Shown piece by piece: positions 15,489 through 24,436 of a stretch of 40,134 bases of DNA. A model generated the notes under the pieces. It did no database searches, was not told the DNA's origin, and saw only the letters and a list, made by a program, of their open reading frames with translations. Numbering within the stretch: the stretch's first letter is position 1; every line of letters begins with the position of its first letter. The stretch is from the UHGV virus genome UHGV-0384302. The stretch is one strand, 5' to 3'. This DNA is from a virus. The position numbers and the translations under genes are program-made.

Positions 15489-15888
15489 GGTTTTGCTTTG
15501 TGAAGTATTGGAAAAATGCCACGGCGGCGGGGTCCGTGATGACGAATTCCGGGTAGTCCACCCGCGTGAACGTCCGGCGTCCGCCCTGGGTATTGACGGC
15601 CTCGACGGACAGCGCCACGGCATCGGTGGCAGTCGGCGGCCTGTCGACGTCATCTCCGTGAGTTGTCACCTGCACCAGCCTCGCCCATACCTGGGAGGCT
15701 TGCCAGTCCTCGCCCATGCTGGCAATCGCGGCCACCGCTGCCGCCAGGGCCGGGGCTTGGTCGGCTGGGATGCCGTCCTGCGTGTAGCGGTAGGAACACA
15801 CAAAGCCGTTGCTGTCTGGAAATCTGGCGGTCATGACAAATTCGTCCCACTGTCCTGGGTTGGGAAACTGTAAATATATCTCTTGCAT
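15481..15888 (-). CDS. Hypothetical protein downstream of the tail fibre (possible fibre assembly/tail accessory protein)
   Basis: 135-aa ORF packed between tail fibre and membrane-protein genes. No TM segment. No recognisable motif. Confidence 0.45.
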   Translation of the reverse strand: MQEIYLQFPNPGQWDEFVMTARFPDSNGFVCSYRYTQDGIPADQAPALAAAVAAIASMGEDWQASQVWARLVQVTTHGDDVDRPPTATDAVALSVEAVNTQGGRRTFTRVDYPEFVITDPAAVAFFQYFTKQNHE

Positions 15889-15892
15889 GGTG

Positions 15893-18313
15893 TTATTGCG
15901 CTAATTGGTTGATTTCCACGACAGCGGTCTGGGCATAGTGGTGGCCGACAAAAACCCACACTTGCCGGGGTTGCCCGGTCGTGTTGGGGGCAAGCGTCAG
16001 GGTGATTTGGCCGCCGCCGGCTGGTATCTGCTCCGCGGATTGGCTGCACCATACGGCGGCGGGGTCATGCCCGCACATCGTGTCGTTAATGGCGTACACA
16101 GCCTCCGCCAGTGTGGAGGATACCGTCAGCGTTACTTCACCGCCTTCCGCTCCCACCTCCAGCGCGGAAGCCGTCACCTCCGGCACGGGCTTGACCGTCG
16201 CATCACGCATCACAACGCGCTCCATGATCGGCCAGACATCGTTGACTCCCAGCGCGGGGGCTGCGTCAATCCTCATGCCTCCCATCCGCAGCCCCACTTG
16301 CATGGTACTGCTCACCTCGTGAGCCTTGGCTTTTGCCGTGAAGCAGGCCGTGTTGCCGCTCCCGCAAAACAGGCTTGTCATCGGCATCACGTAGTGGCCG
16401 TCCACAAACATCTCCCAGCGATTCTCAACATTGGCGTGGTCAGCCGATTGCCGGGGAGTTATCGCCACAGAAAGATAAGTAACGCTGGGCGCCAATGCCC
16501 ACATATACTGCTGATCACCTACATCCCGCCCGTAATCCGTGCCGCGCAACAGGCAGGACGTGCTGCTGCCCAGGTAGCCCTTGGGGTAGATCGTCACCTG
16601 CCAGGCGGGCGTCATGTCTCTGCTGGTTGCGCCGTTGACAGAGTTGATCAGCGGGTATCTGTAATTTGCATTATCCCAGGCATAATCTACCCAATGGATG
16701 GGATGCGCATAACAATCCGCCGCCGGATTGGTCGCCGAGGAATAGCCTTGCGCCGTACTCCCCAGCAGGATAGACACCTTGTCAGAGCCGATGATGCGCC
16801 ACACAGAGGCGGCGGCATAATCTCTATTACGGCTATTGCCCATGTAGTTGGCAAACTTCCACGCCCCAGTGCTGCAACCAATCAGAGATATGCCGGCAGC
16901 CTTGGTCATCGTGACCAGCATGTCCTGCCAATCGTTACCGTATACGCCCTCCTTGATGGATACGTTGGCCGTGCCCACATTATAAGCGGCGGACATCTGC
17001 ATCTGCCTCACAATGGTAGTTACCCAGGAGGGGATCAGGGTCTCCATGTAGTACCCCATCCGCCGCCAATCATCTGCGGCCCGCTGCTCTATCAGCGCCT
17101 CGTAAGAGATAGCCTCCTGCGCCGTGGCGGGCAAAGGGACGCGCACGCCACCGTTGGCAGTAACGGTGCCCGTCGCAGTCAGACCGCCGGCCAGCGTCAT
17201 GTTGCCCGCCGCGTCCACCTGCGGGATGGCGGCAAGGGCTTGCTGGGCCGCGGTGGCGGCGTTGCTGGCTGTCTGTGCAGATTGGCTGGCATCAATGGCG
17301 GTCGTATTTACCCTTCCTTCCGTTTTGTCTATTTCCTCTTTGGCGGTTTCCGCCTGTTCGACAAGGGGCGTGATTGCCTCCATGGCTTCCGCCTGGACCG
17401 TCTGCACTGCCTGCACGGCTTCCGTCTTTGCCGTTTCCACGGCTGTGACAGCAGCGCCTTGTGCGCTGGCTACCTTGTCCGTGGCGGTTTTCTGCGCTCG
17501 CCCTACAGCAAGAACGGAATCAGCTTGCTTGGCTTGTATGACGGTAACGGCTTCCTCTTTGGCCGCGCTGATCGTCTGTTCCCCGTTGCTGACCGTCTGC
17601 GTAAAATCTGAAACAATCCCTTCCACAGCCGTCTTAGCGTCATTGGCGCTCCTGGCGTCACGGGCCGCATCAGCGGCGGACGTATTGGCCGCCGTCTCGG
17701 AATTAGAAGCTGCCACCTTGGAAACGTAAGCAGAATCGGCATAGCCTTCCGCTTCTCTGGCACGTTCCACGGCGGTAGTGGCTGCTCCGGTTGCCGTCGT
17801 GGCTGCCTGACTCGCTGTGTCCGCGTCCGTGCGGGTTTGTTTGGCTGCATTCAAGGCGTGTTCTGCAGAGATGGAGGCGAGGGTGCAGGAGTTCCATTCC
17901 AGACGGATTTGACGGGTGACGTCGCCTGGCAGGCGAATGGACAGAGTCCGGGACGCATAGGTTTTGGTGTTGTCGGCAAGCTTCCCAATAGATTTGATGA
18001 CACCGATGTAACCGCTAATAAGGCGGTTCTGGTTTCCGGATTCCGAGACGGCAAAGATTTCATAGGGGTGGCGGCCTTCGGGGAGCCCGATGCAGGAAAC
18101 GATGAGGACGTTGGCTTCTTCCGCTGCTGCGGATTTCTGGATGTCGAGTTCGACGGGTTCCGCCCTGCCTTCAAGATGGACGCGCCCGGTGAAAGTGACT
18201 CCGTCCAGAGATACGGGTTCCAAGGTGGATTCATCGCTAAACATCCAGCGCTGCGTCCATGGAATGTTTTCAATGGCTGACCAGTTTTCTGTGACACCGA
18301 GAAAGTCAAGCAT
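15893..18313 (-). CDS. Tail fibre protein
   Basis: 806 aa. N-terminal globular domain, central Ala/Thr/Gln-rich low-complexity fibrous segment (...AATTATGAATTAVERAREAEGYADSAYVSKVAASNSETAANTSAADAARDARSANDAKTAVEG...) typical of phage fibres, and a large C-terminal globular (receptor-binding-like) domain. Confidence 0.7.
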   Translation of the reverse strand: MLDFLGVTENWSAIENIPWTQRWMFSDESTLEPVSLDGVTFTGRVHLEGRAEPVELDIQKSAAAEEANVLIVSCIGLPEGRHPYEIFAVSESGNQNRLISGYIGVIKSIGKLADNTKTYASRTLSIRLPGDVTRQIRLEWNSCTLASISAEHALNAAKQTRTDADTASQAATTATGAATTAVERAREAEGYADSAYVSKVAASNSETAANTSAADAARDARSANDAKTAVEGIVSDFTQTVSNGEQTISAAKEEAVTVIQAKQADSVLAVGRAQKTATDKVASAQGAAVTAVETAKTEAVQAVQTVQAEAMEAITPLVEQAETAKEEIDKTEGRVNTTAIDASQSAQTASNAATAAQQALAAIPQVDAAGNMTLAGGLTATGTVTANGGVRVPLPATAQEAISYEALIEQRAADDWRRMGYYMETLIPSWVTTIVRQMQMSAAYNVGTANVSIKEGVYGNDWQDMLVTMTKAAGISLIGCSTGAWKFANYMGNSRNRDYAAASVWRIIGSDKVSILLGSTAQGYSSATNPAADCYAHPIHWVDYAWDNANYRYPLINSVNGATSRDMTPAWQVTIYPKGYLGSSTSCLLRGTDYGRDVGDQQYMWALAPSVTYLSVAITPRQSADHANVENRWEMFVDGHYVMPMTSLFCGSGNTACFTAKAKAHEVSSTMQVGLRMGGMRIDAAPALGVNDVWPIMERVVMRDATVKPVPEVTASALEVGAEGGEVTLTVSSTLAEAVYAINDTMCGHDPAAVWCSQSAEQIPAGGGQITLTLAPNTTGQPRQVWVFVGHHYAQTAVVEINQLAQ

Positions 18314-18344
18314 GTGGTCTTGATAACACGCATCTGTTCCAGGT

Positions 18345-18396
18345 GGATAGTTTCATGGTGTTAAGTAGTCATCCGCTTAACACCGTGAAACTATCC
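18345..18396. promoter_or_regulatory. 21-bp inverted repeat (1 mismatch, 10-nt spacer) centred between the divergent tail-fibre and nozzle-like genes; candidate late operator / bidirectional promoter element
   Basis: GGATAGTTTCATGGTGTTAAG-tagtcatccg-CTTAACACCGTGAAACTATCC. It lies exactly 32 nt from the minus-strand ATG (18313) and 32 nt from the plus-strand ATG (18428). The right arm recurs at 25507-25530. Confidence 0.5.
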
Positions 18397-18427
18397 GAAC
18401 CACCCCCGGAGTTTTTATGATGGCTGC

Positions 18428-21400
18428 ATGGCAATGACAGCTTTCAACGGTGGCGAGGTTTCCTCTTGGATGGCACGCAGAGTTGACATGGATGTTCTTT
18501 CCCGGGCTTGCGGCACACTGGTCAATTTTGATGTTTCCCAAATGGGAGGTGTTTCCCGGCGCCGCGGGTTCCGGCGCGTGGTTGCTACTCTGGAGGGCTC
18601 CATCATCCTGCCTTATATCTATTCCACTGATGACCGTTACCTTGTCGAGGCGGCCCCTTCCTCGCTCCGCGTCTTGTCCGTTGATGGCGATGTGGTGGCT
18701 TCCCTGCCATCCGTTTGGACGGCGGCTGATATTTCCCAGCTCCGGCACAAGCAGGTCAACAGCATGCTGTTTCTGGCCTGCCCATCCCACGAGCTCATGG
18801 TGCTCAAACGGGATGATGACGGCGTGTTTGCCCTGGACCCCTACGAATTTAAGAATAGGCCGTGGCGGTATGAGGAGTACCGGGATTTCCCGGTCCGGCT
18901 GACGCTGGATGACGGATGCTACAGGCTTTCTTTTGGCGAGTATGCGGGGGATCCGGATGCCGCCACCAACGAAGGGGACGTGATGCGCGTCCAGGTGACG
19001 GTGCCCCAGCAGACCGGGTACAGCACGGGGGCAGTCATCCGCCAGGGCTGGGTGATTGCCAAGGCGTTCACCGCGGCCTCTTCTTACGCTGCCGGCAGGA
19101 AGCTCTGCATCAACGAGGGGAGTTACTGGTCCTGGTGGACCTGTGACAAGGATTTCAACGGGGCAACGCACTACGTAGACGGCTTCACCTCTCCGGCGGA
19201 TTATCCTGACCATTTCCACAAGGGGATTGCCTGCCATTCCAACACCATCACCTGCAAGGGAACCTGGACATTCTATTGTTACAAGGAGTGGTACGGCACG
19301 TACGCGGTGGAGCGCCGCTATCCGGATGAAGACTGGCAGTTGCTGGGCACGTCCAATTCCAAGGTGGGCGCTGCTTCCAACCTTCAGCTCACCGGAGACG
19401 AGGCGGGCGAGGAATGCTACCTGCGCCTGATGCTCTATGAGTCCCAGCTTTCCAACGCTTCGGACCCCAGCCAGGGTTTCCCCGCTGACGCCTGCGGCAA
19501 CAAGCTGGTCGTGGACGCCTACCGCAAGGACGTGGTGCTGCAGCTGCGTTCCGGCGCCCGTCCGGCCACCGTGCAACGGTTCACGATTCCGGCAACTCCG
19601 ACGCTGCGGCATTACCTGACCAGTACCACGTCCTCCATCAAGGCAAGCCGTGTGTGGGTGGATGATGTGGAGATGACGGGAGCTTCCGCTGTGCTGACGC
19701 TGGGCAAGGCCGGCATTGATGTGACGCCCAGGGGGATTCCCGCGGATGCCCTGGCCGACGGGCAAACAGTCAGGTTTGGATGGACGGTGCCCCAGCAGAC
19801 TGGGCGCATTGCCCTGGATGCTCGCGGGATGCGGACAGTCTATCTTCCTGCAGGGGCGCGGTTTGATGTGAATTTGGGGGCGGACATCTACAACAGGGGA
19901 CGCGGCGCGGTGGTCAAGCTGACGGCTTATTCCGCTGCGGATGTGCAGTACACGACGTTGTGGGAGAGCAAGACAGATGTCTACACCACGCCTTCCAGCG
20001 GGTTTTATACATTTCGGATCACCCTCAATAACGGCAGCACCCTGGAGGCTGCCGAGTGCCAGGCCGAGCTTTCCGGGGTGGCTTCCGGCGTCGTCAAGCC
20101 GGAGGTCCAGGAGGATGCGCCCGCTCCGGCCTCCGTGTCCACCTGCGACGTGTTGCGCTTTTCGCTTCCCCTGGAGCCTACTGCCAAGGCTCATTTTTCT
20201 AAGTCCGGGGTGCCCGCCATCAAGGCGCTGGTGGTGGATAAGGGCCGCTGGACGTTCCAGGGCACGGCCCTGGTAGATGGGGATAACCTAGTCATCAAGC
20301 CCAAAGGGCTGACGACGGATGATCTGGTCAAAGGGCAGACCGTCCGCGTCGAGTGGGATGTGGCCGCCGAGAATTTTTCCATCGGAGCCAACCAGCAGAC
20401 CGGCTCCCGATGGGTGACCCGATTCTTGCCGGCAGGGACGGTCGTCAATTTGAAAGGGTACATCTGGATGTACGCCGGCCAGCGCAACGAGCAGGCCGCC
20501 ATGGTCGGTAAGTATTTAAGTTGGACCCCCAACAGCGGTTCTCATAGCATTTCCACGCACACGACTCTTGCCGGTTCATGGACGGTTTCGGAGGATGGCT
20601 TTTACCTGGTTTACCTCCCCTTTGTCAACGCGTTTTCCAGCGTCATCCAGTGGCCGGCGGCTTCCGCAGCGATTCCGGCCTGTACAGGACATTTGGAGGG
20701 GGAGGTGACGGACCTGACGGCTTCCGCGGAGTATTCGCTTTGGGACAATGTGTCCACGATTCCGGAGGGCGTCCCACCGTCCGGGGAGTCCCTGATGTGG
20801 AGCTTTGCCGCGTTCCGGGGCGTCTACGGGTTCCCTTCTCTGGTGGATGTGTTCCAGCAGCGTCTTGTTCTGGCTGCCACGCAGGCCCAACCGCAGACGG
20901 TGTGGTTGAGCAAGACCGATGACCTCAACAATTTCGAGGTGGGCAAACAGGATGACAGCGCCTTGGCTCTCACGCTTTCCACGACGACGCAGAACCGGAT
21001 TTGCTGGCTGATGGCCCAGTCCAGTCGCCTGTTGCTGGGAACGGCGGATGCCGAGTGGGCTGTTTCCGGCGGCCAGGGAGTAATGACCTCCACCAACGCG
21101 CGGGCGGACAACCACGGCTTTGTGGGTTCCTCCGACGTGCCGGCCCTGATGGCAACCGACAAGGTGCTGTATATTGAGCGCGGCGGTGGCCGCGTGTACC
21201 AATACGGTTATGATTATGAGAGTGACGGGTACGTTTCCCGTGATTTAACTGTGTTTGCCGACCATGTGCTGGCCGACGGCGGCGGGTGCCGGGATATTGC
21301 TTTCATCCGTAAGCCGGAGCCGCGGGCGGTGTTCGTGCGCCGGGATGGACAGCTTGCCCTGATGACCTACAACAGCATGCACCAGGTCAACGCCTGGCAC

Positions 21401-21829
21401 CGGTACACGACGGACGGGACATTCGAGGGGGTGGCCGCCCTGCCCAACGGCGACAAGGCGGATTTGCTGTTTGCCCTGGTGGTGCGCGACGATGGACGGT
21501 TCATCGAGGTGCAGGCTCCGGACAATGAGTTCCAGGATCCGGACGGCAGGGATTACGTGTCCACACTGGTGACTTGTTCATTGACTCCGCCCAGGGATGC
21601 GAGAAAGGGCCACGGGGCCCAGGTGATGATGTGCCTGCGCTCCGAAACTCCCGTGGAGGGAGTGATGGTGAGTTCCGATGGGGATGCCTGGTCCGAACTG
21701 GACAGGTACGGTCTGCTTCCTGCCGGATGGGATACCCTGGTATCTGACGGGGCGTGGGACTTTGACGTGCGCGGCGGTGTTCGGGTAACGGGCAACCGCG
21801 GGTTTGAGCTTCTGGCTTTGAGGTGGTGA
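18428..21829 (+). CDS. Large tail structural protein with a triplicated internal module; nozzle / tail tubular protein B-like (T7 gp12 / P22 gp10 class) candidate
   Basis: 1133 aa, translationally coupled to terL. N-terminus MAMTAFNGGEVSS...R.D....S...N...GG.SRRRG resembles the gp12/gp10 N-terminal pattern. Three repeats of a module of about 150 aa marked by TVPQQTG / GANQQTG followed by ...LPAG...N(L)... . Confidence 0.45.
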   Translation: MAMTAFNGGEVSSWMARRVDMDVLSRACGTLVNFDVSQMGGVSRRRGFRRVVATLEGSIILPYIYSTDDRYLVEAAPSSLRVLSVDGDVVASLPSVWTAADISQLRHKQVNSMLFLACPSHELMVLKRDDDGVFALDPYEFKNRPWRYEEYRDFPVRLTLDDGCYRLSFGEYAGDPDAATNEGDVMRVQVTVPQQTGYSTGAVIRQGWVIAKAFTAASSYAAGRKLCINEGSYWSWWTCDKDFNGATHYVDGFTSPADYPDHFHKGIACHSNTITCKGTWTFYCYKEWYGTYAVERRYPDEDWQLLGTSNSKVGAASNLQLTGDEAGEECYLRLMLYESQLSNASDPSQGFPADACGNKLVVDAYRKDVVLQLRSGARPATVQRFTIPATPTLRHYLTSTTSSIKASRVWVDDVEMTGASAVLTLGKAGIDVTPRGIPADALADGQTVRFGWTVPQQTGRIALDARGMRTVYLPAGARFDVNLGADIYNRGRGAVVKLTAYSAADVQYTTLWESKTDVYTTPSSGFYTFRITLNNGSTLEAAECQAELSGVASGVVKPEVQEDAPAPASVSTCDVLRFSLPLEPTAKAHFSKSGVPAIKALVVDKGRWTFQGTALVDGDNLVIKPKGLTTDDLVKGQTVRVEWDVAAENFSIGANQQTGSRWVTRFLPAGTVVNLKGYIWMYAGQRNEQAAMVGKYLSWTPNSGSHSISTHTTLAGSWTVSEDGFYLVYLPFVNAFSSVIQWPAASAAIPACTGHLEGEVTDLTASAEYSLWDNVSTIPEGVPPSGESLMWSFAAFRGVYGFPSLVDVFQQRLVLAATQAQPQTVWLSKTDDLNNFEVGKQDDSALALTLSTTTQNRICWLMAQSSRLLLGTADAEWAVSGGQGVMTSTNARADNHGFVGSSDVPALMATDKVLYIERGGGRVYQYGYDYESDGYVSRDLTVFADHVLADGGGCRDIAFIRKPEPRAVFVRRDGQLALMTYNSMHQVNAWHRYTTDGTFEGVAALPNGDKADLLFALVVRDDGRFIEVQAPDNEFQDPDGRDYVSTLVTCSLTPPRDARKGHGAQVMMCLRSETPVEGVMVSSDGDAWSELDRYGLLPAGWDTLVSDGAWDFDVRGGVRVTGNRGFELLALRW

Positions 21830-21830
21830 T

Positions 21831-23474
21831 ATGGTGTTGACGCCCGAACAGTACGCGACGTTGCAGACGCTTCTTTCCAACCGGGAGTGGCGGCTGAACC
21901 ACCTGTACTGGATCGTGAACAAGAGAGGGAGGCTGGAACGCTTCCGGCTCAACTGGGCGCAAGAGAAGTTGCACCGGGGGCTGCATTTCTACAACAACGT
22001 TCTCAAGGCGCGGCAACTCGGCATCTCCACCTATACCGCCATGTTGTTCCTGGACATGTGCATGTTCACGCCCAACTACACAGCGGGCATTGTAGACCGC
22101 ACGGGTCCGGAGTCCAAAAAGAAGCTCGCCAAGATCAAGTTCGCCTTTGACCACCTTGACCATCTTCCTCAAAACCCCACGCAGGAGGATTTGGAGCTGG
22201 CCGCCATCGGAGCCGCGTTGAAGGAAGAAATGAAGGGCTGCTACATCGGAGCCACGGAAGCGCGGTTTCCGAACGGCTCCATGATTTACGCCGGAACCTC
22301 CCTGCGCGGCGGCACGCACCAGTTGATTCATATTTCCGAACTCGGCTATGTGGCAGCCCACGACCCGATGAAGGCAGAGGAAACCATCACCGGCACCCTC
22401 AATTCCATCGACCAGACCGGCGTCATTATTATGGAGTCCACCCACGAGGGCGGACGCTACGGCCTGAATTACCATTTGATTTCCGAGGCCATGGATATGA
22501 TCGGCAAGCCGCTTTCCCCACTGGACCCGAAGTTCTGGTTTTTCTCCTGGGTGGAACAGCCGGAGTACCGTCTGAAAGGGTGGAAGTTTTCCGGGAATCC
22601 GGAGCTGGCCAAGTATTTCAAGAGCCTGGAAACGGAGTACAAGATTATGTTGGATGAAGAACAGAAAGCATGGTACGAGGCGAAGAGCCGCACGCAGAAG
22701 TCGAAGATGCGCCAAGAGTTCCCGACGGTGCCGGACGAAGCCCTGAACCCGATTGCGGAAGGGACGATTTACGGCAGCCAAATCAATCACCTTCGGGAGA
22801 TGGGGCGGCTGACGGCAGAGTTCGAGCCGGATCCGTACCGGCCTGTGTACGCCGTGTTTGACAAGGGGATGGCGGACTTTACCTCCGTCTGGTGGATTCA
22901 GCCGCGCCCGGACGGTTTGTTCGCGCTGCTGGATAATTACACGGCCAACGGCCAGGGGCTGGACCACTACATCGGGGAGATTCGCAAGAGGGAGGCCCTG
23001 TTCGGCAGGGTGAAGGATATTGTGCTTCCCCACGATGGGGTGAACCGGGATTACAACGGGGTGAAGTATTTTGAGAAGCTGGAACAGGCGGGGTATTCCA
23101 CCATCCTGGTGAAGCGCACTTCCGACGTGTGGGCTTCCATTGACAGCACACGATCCCTGCTGCGGCATGCGGTGATTCATGCAAGGTGTTCCCAAAACAC
23201 GATGCTGCCGGACATGAAGGAAGGGTATATTTCCGGCGTGGACGCCCTGGCAAATTACAAGATGGCGCCGCCGGGCCGCAACGGTGTTGCTCGGAACGAG
23301 CCGCTGCATGATGTTTGTTCCCACGCCTGCGATTCCCTCCGCACCTTCGCGGATGCCTGGGCCGCCGGCCTGATTGCCAAGGAGACCGGGTGGCGGTATG
23401 AAGAAGACGACGAGGACAGGCGTAGGGGGCCGTATTCCGGGTTGGTGAAGGGAGCGGAAAGCCTCTACATATAG
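21831..23474 (+). CDS. terL: Terminase large subunit
   Basis: Deviant Walker A LKARQLGISTY (compare T4 gp17 SRQLGKT). ATPase then C-terminal nuclease-like half (VWWIQPRPDGLFALLDNYTANGQGLDHYIGEIR). 547 aa. Confidence 0.85.
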   Translation: MVLTPEQYATLQTLLSNREWRLNHLYWIVNKRGRLERFRLNWAQEKLHRGLHFYNNVLKARQLGISTYTAMLFLDMCMFTPNYTAGIVDRTGPESKKKLAKIKFAFDHLDHLPQNPTQEDLELAAIGAALKEEMKGCYIGATEARFPNGSMIYAGTSLRGGTHQLIHISELGYVAAHDPMKAEETITGTLNSIDQTGVIIMESTHEGGRYGLNYHLISEAMDMIGKPLSPLDPKFWFFSWVEQPEYRLKGWKFSGNPELAKYFKSLETEYKIMLDEEQKAWYEAKSRTQKSKMRQEFPTVPDEALNPIAEGTIYGSQINHLREMGRLTAEFEPDPYRPVYAVFDKGMADFTSVWWIQPRPDGLFALLDNYTANGQGLDHYIGEIRKREALFGRVKDIVLPHDGVNRDYNGVKYFEKLEQAGYSTILVKRTSDVWASIDSTRSLLRHAVIHARCSQNTMLPDMKEGYISGVDALANYKMAPPGRNGVARNEPLHDVCSHACDSLRTFADAWAAGLIAKETGWRYEEDDEDRRRGPYSGLVKGAESLYI

Positions 23475-23527
23475 CAATCCAAAATGATATTTTATGAAGC
23501 TAAAGCGTTATATAATACGTCATACGG

Positions 23528-23556
23528 TTGACACTACTGATTAGGGTGCTATTGTT
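23528..23556 (+). promoter_or_regulatory. Putative sigma70-type promoter of the AT-rich moron cassette
   Basis: TTGACA(23528-23533), a 16-nt spacer, TATTGT. The first ATG of the cassette (23564) is about 8 nt downstream, which may give a leaderless transcript. Confidence 0.3.
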
Positions 23557-23563
23557 AATAGCA

Positions 23564-23758
23564 ATGAGAGCGGTCAGGCATATCTCTGTCAAGGAACGTA
23601 TGGAAAGATTGAAACGTGATTTGAAAGAGGCACGTTGCAAGGCGGTCAGTACTGTTTCCCGTGGAAATGTTTGTCTTCTTCAAGGAAATTTTGTGACGCA
23701 AGAAGAGCTGAAGGAGCGCCGTTCCCATGCAGCGGCTTTTCTTAAAAAGATGCGCTAA
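23564..23758 (+). CDS. Small basic protein, first gene of the AT-rich moron (alternative start 23600 with an AGGA Shine-Dalgarno). The track ORF starts at TTG 23528.
   Basis: MRAVRHISVKERMERLKRDLKEARCKAVSTVSRGNVCLLQGNFVTQEELKERRSHAAAFLKKMR in a GC-poor segment. Confidence 0.35.
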   Translation: MRAVRHISVKERMERLKRDLKEARCKAVSTVSRGNVCLLQGNFVTQEELKERRSHAAAFLKKMR

Positions 23759-23763
23759 TAACC

Positions 23764-24357
23764 ATGCGTTCCAGTAAAGAACTTGCGGAGCTTTTGTTTT
23801 CCGAATTTGCCAAAGCTGAAAAGGCAGTCAAGGATTACGAGCATTTAACAGCGGAGCTTCCAGTTCCTTCCGTGAATGAATTGCGGTATGCGGGATGCCA
23901 TGCCGTACAAGCGATCAAGCGTGGAATTGATGAAAGCAATGAATGTCAGGAGTTGCTTGATCGAGCCATACGGCATTCCAAAAGAGCTTATTACGATGTC
24001 TTAGAGTACGATGTCATGTTGATGACTAAGAAGGTCGAAGCGTATCAGAGGTTCTATGAGGGCTATGAACGTTTAGCAGCTTCCATTATTCCTCATTATT
24101 GTGACCATATTGCTAAATTAAATGCTTTAGGAGAAATACTCGGAAGTGCTCATGAACTGGATAAAGAGTCCCCAGATTATGTGAAGAGCTGTCAGGAGCA
24201 TATTCAAGTCATGCGTAGTTTTATCAACGATTTTTTGGCCGCCCAAGAACCTCTTTTTTCAGCGATTAAGCATGATCAAAAAGTTATGCGCCTTACTTGG
24301 ATTTTATGGGTATTAGGTCTCGTGATTAGCTATATCCTTGGCCGCTTTTCAGGTTAA
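23764..24357 (+). CDS. C-terminally membrane-anchored protein of unknown function in an AT-rich moron (candidate exclusion/defence cargo)
   Basis: 197 aa. Helical soluble domain with Cys/His residues (CHAVQ...NECQ...HYCDH...CQEH), then a single terminal TM helix MRLTWILWVLGLVISYILGRFSG. Local GC is well below the flanks. Followed by a strong terminator. Confidence 0.5.
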   Translation: MRSSKELAELLFSEFAKAEKAVKDYEHLTAELPVPSVNELRYAGCHAVQAIKRGIDESNECQELLDRAIRHSKRAYYDVLEYDVMLMTKKVEAYQRFYEGYERLAASIIPHYCDHIAKLNALGEILGSAHELDKESPDYVKSCQEHIQVMRSFINDFLAAQEPLFSAIKHDQKVMRLTWILWVLGLVISYILGRFSG

Positions 24358-24370
24358 TTTTCACTATTAA

Positions 24371-24401
24371 AAGCCCCGTCCGGCATTTCACCGGACGGGG
24401 C
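24371..24401. terminator. Bidirectional rho-independent terminator between the convergent moron and capsid genes
   Basis: AGCCCCGTCCGG-catttca-CCGGACGGGGCT is a perfect 12-bp GC-rich stem with a 7-nt loop. It is T-rich on the minus-strand side (TTTAATAG). Confidence 0.75.
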
Positions 24402-24436
24402 TGACTTATGCAATAACCAACTGGGGAGATGGAGGG

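Noticed and set aside
11067-18313. A diversity-generating retroelement or retron associated with the fibre genes
   Set aside because: No reverse-transcriptase-like ORF or template/variable repeat pair was found in the window.
18428-21829. Calling the 1133-aa protein a tailspike/depolymerase
   Set aside because: No beta-helix-like repeats or lyase/hydrolase motifs were recognised. Its N-terminal pattern and position (coupled to terL in a T7-like layout) fit a nozzle/tubular protein better, though this remains uncertain.
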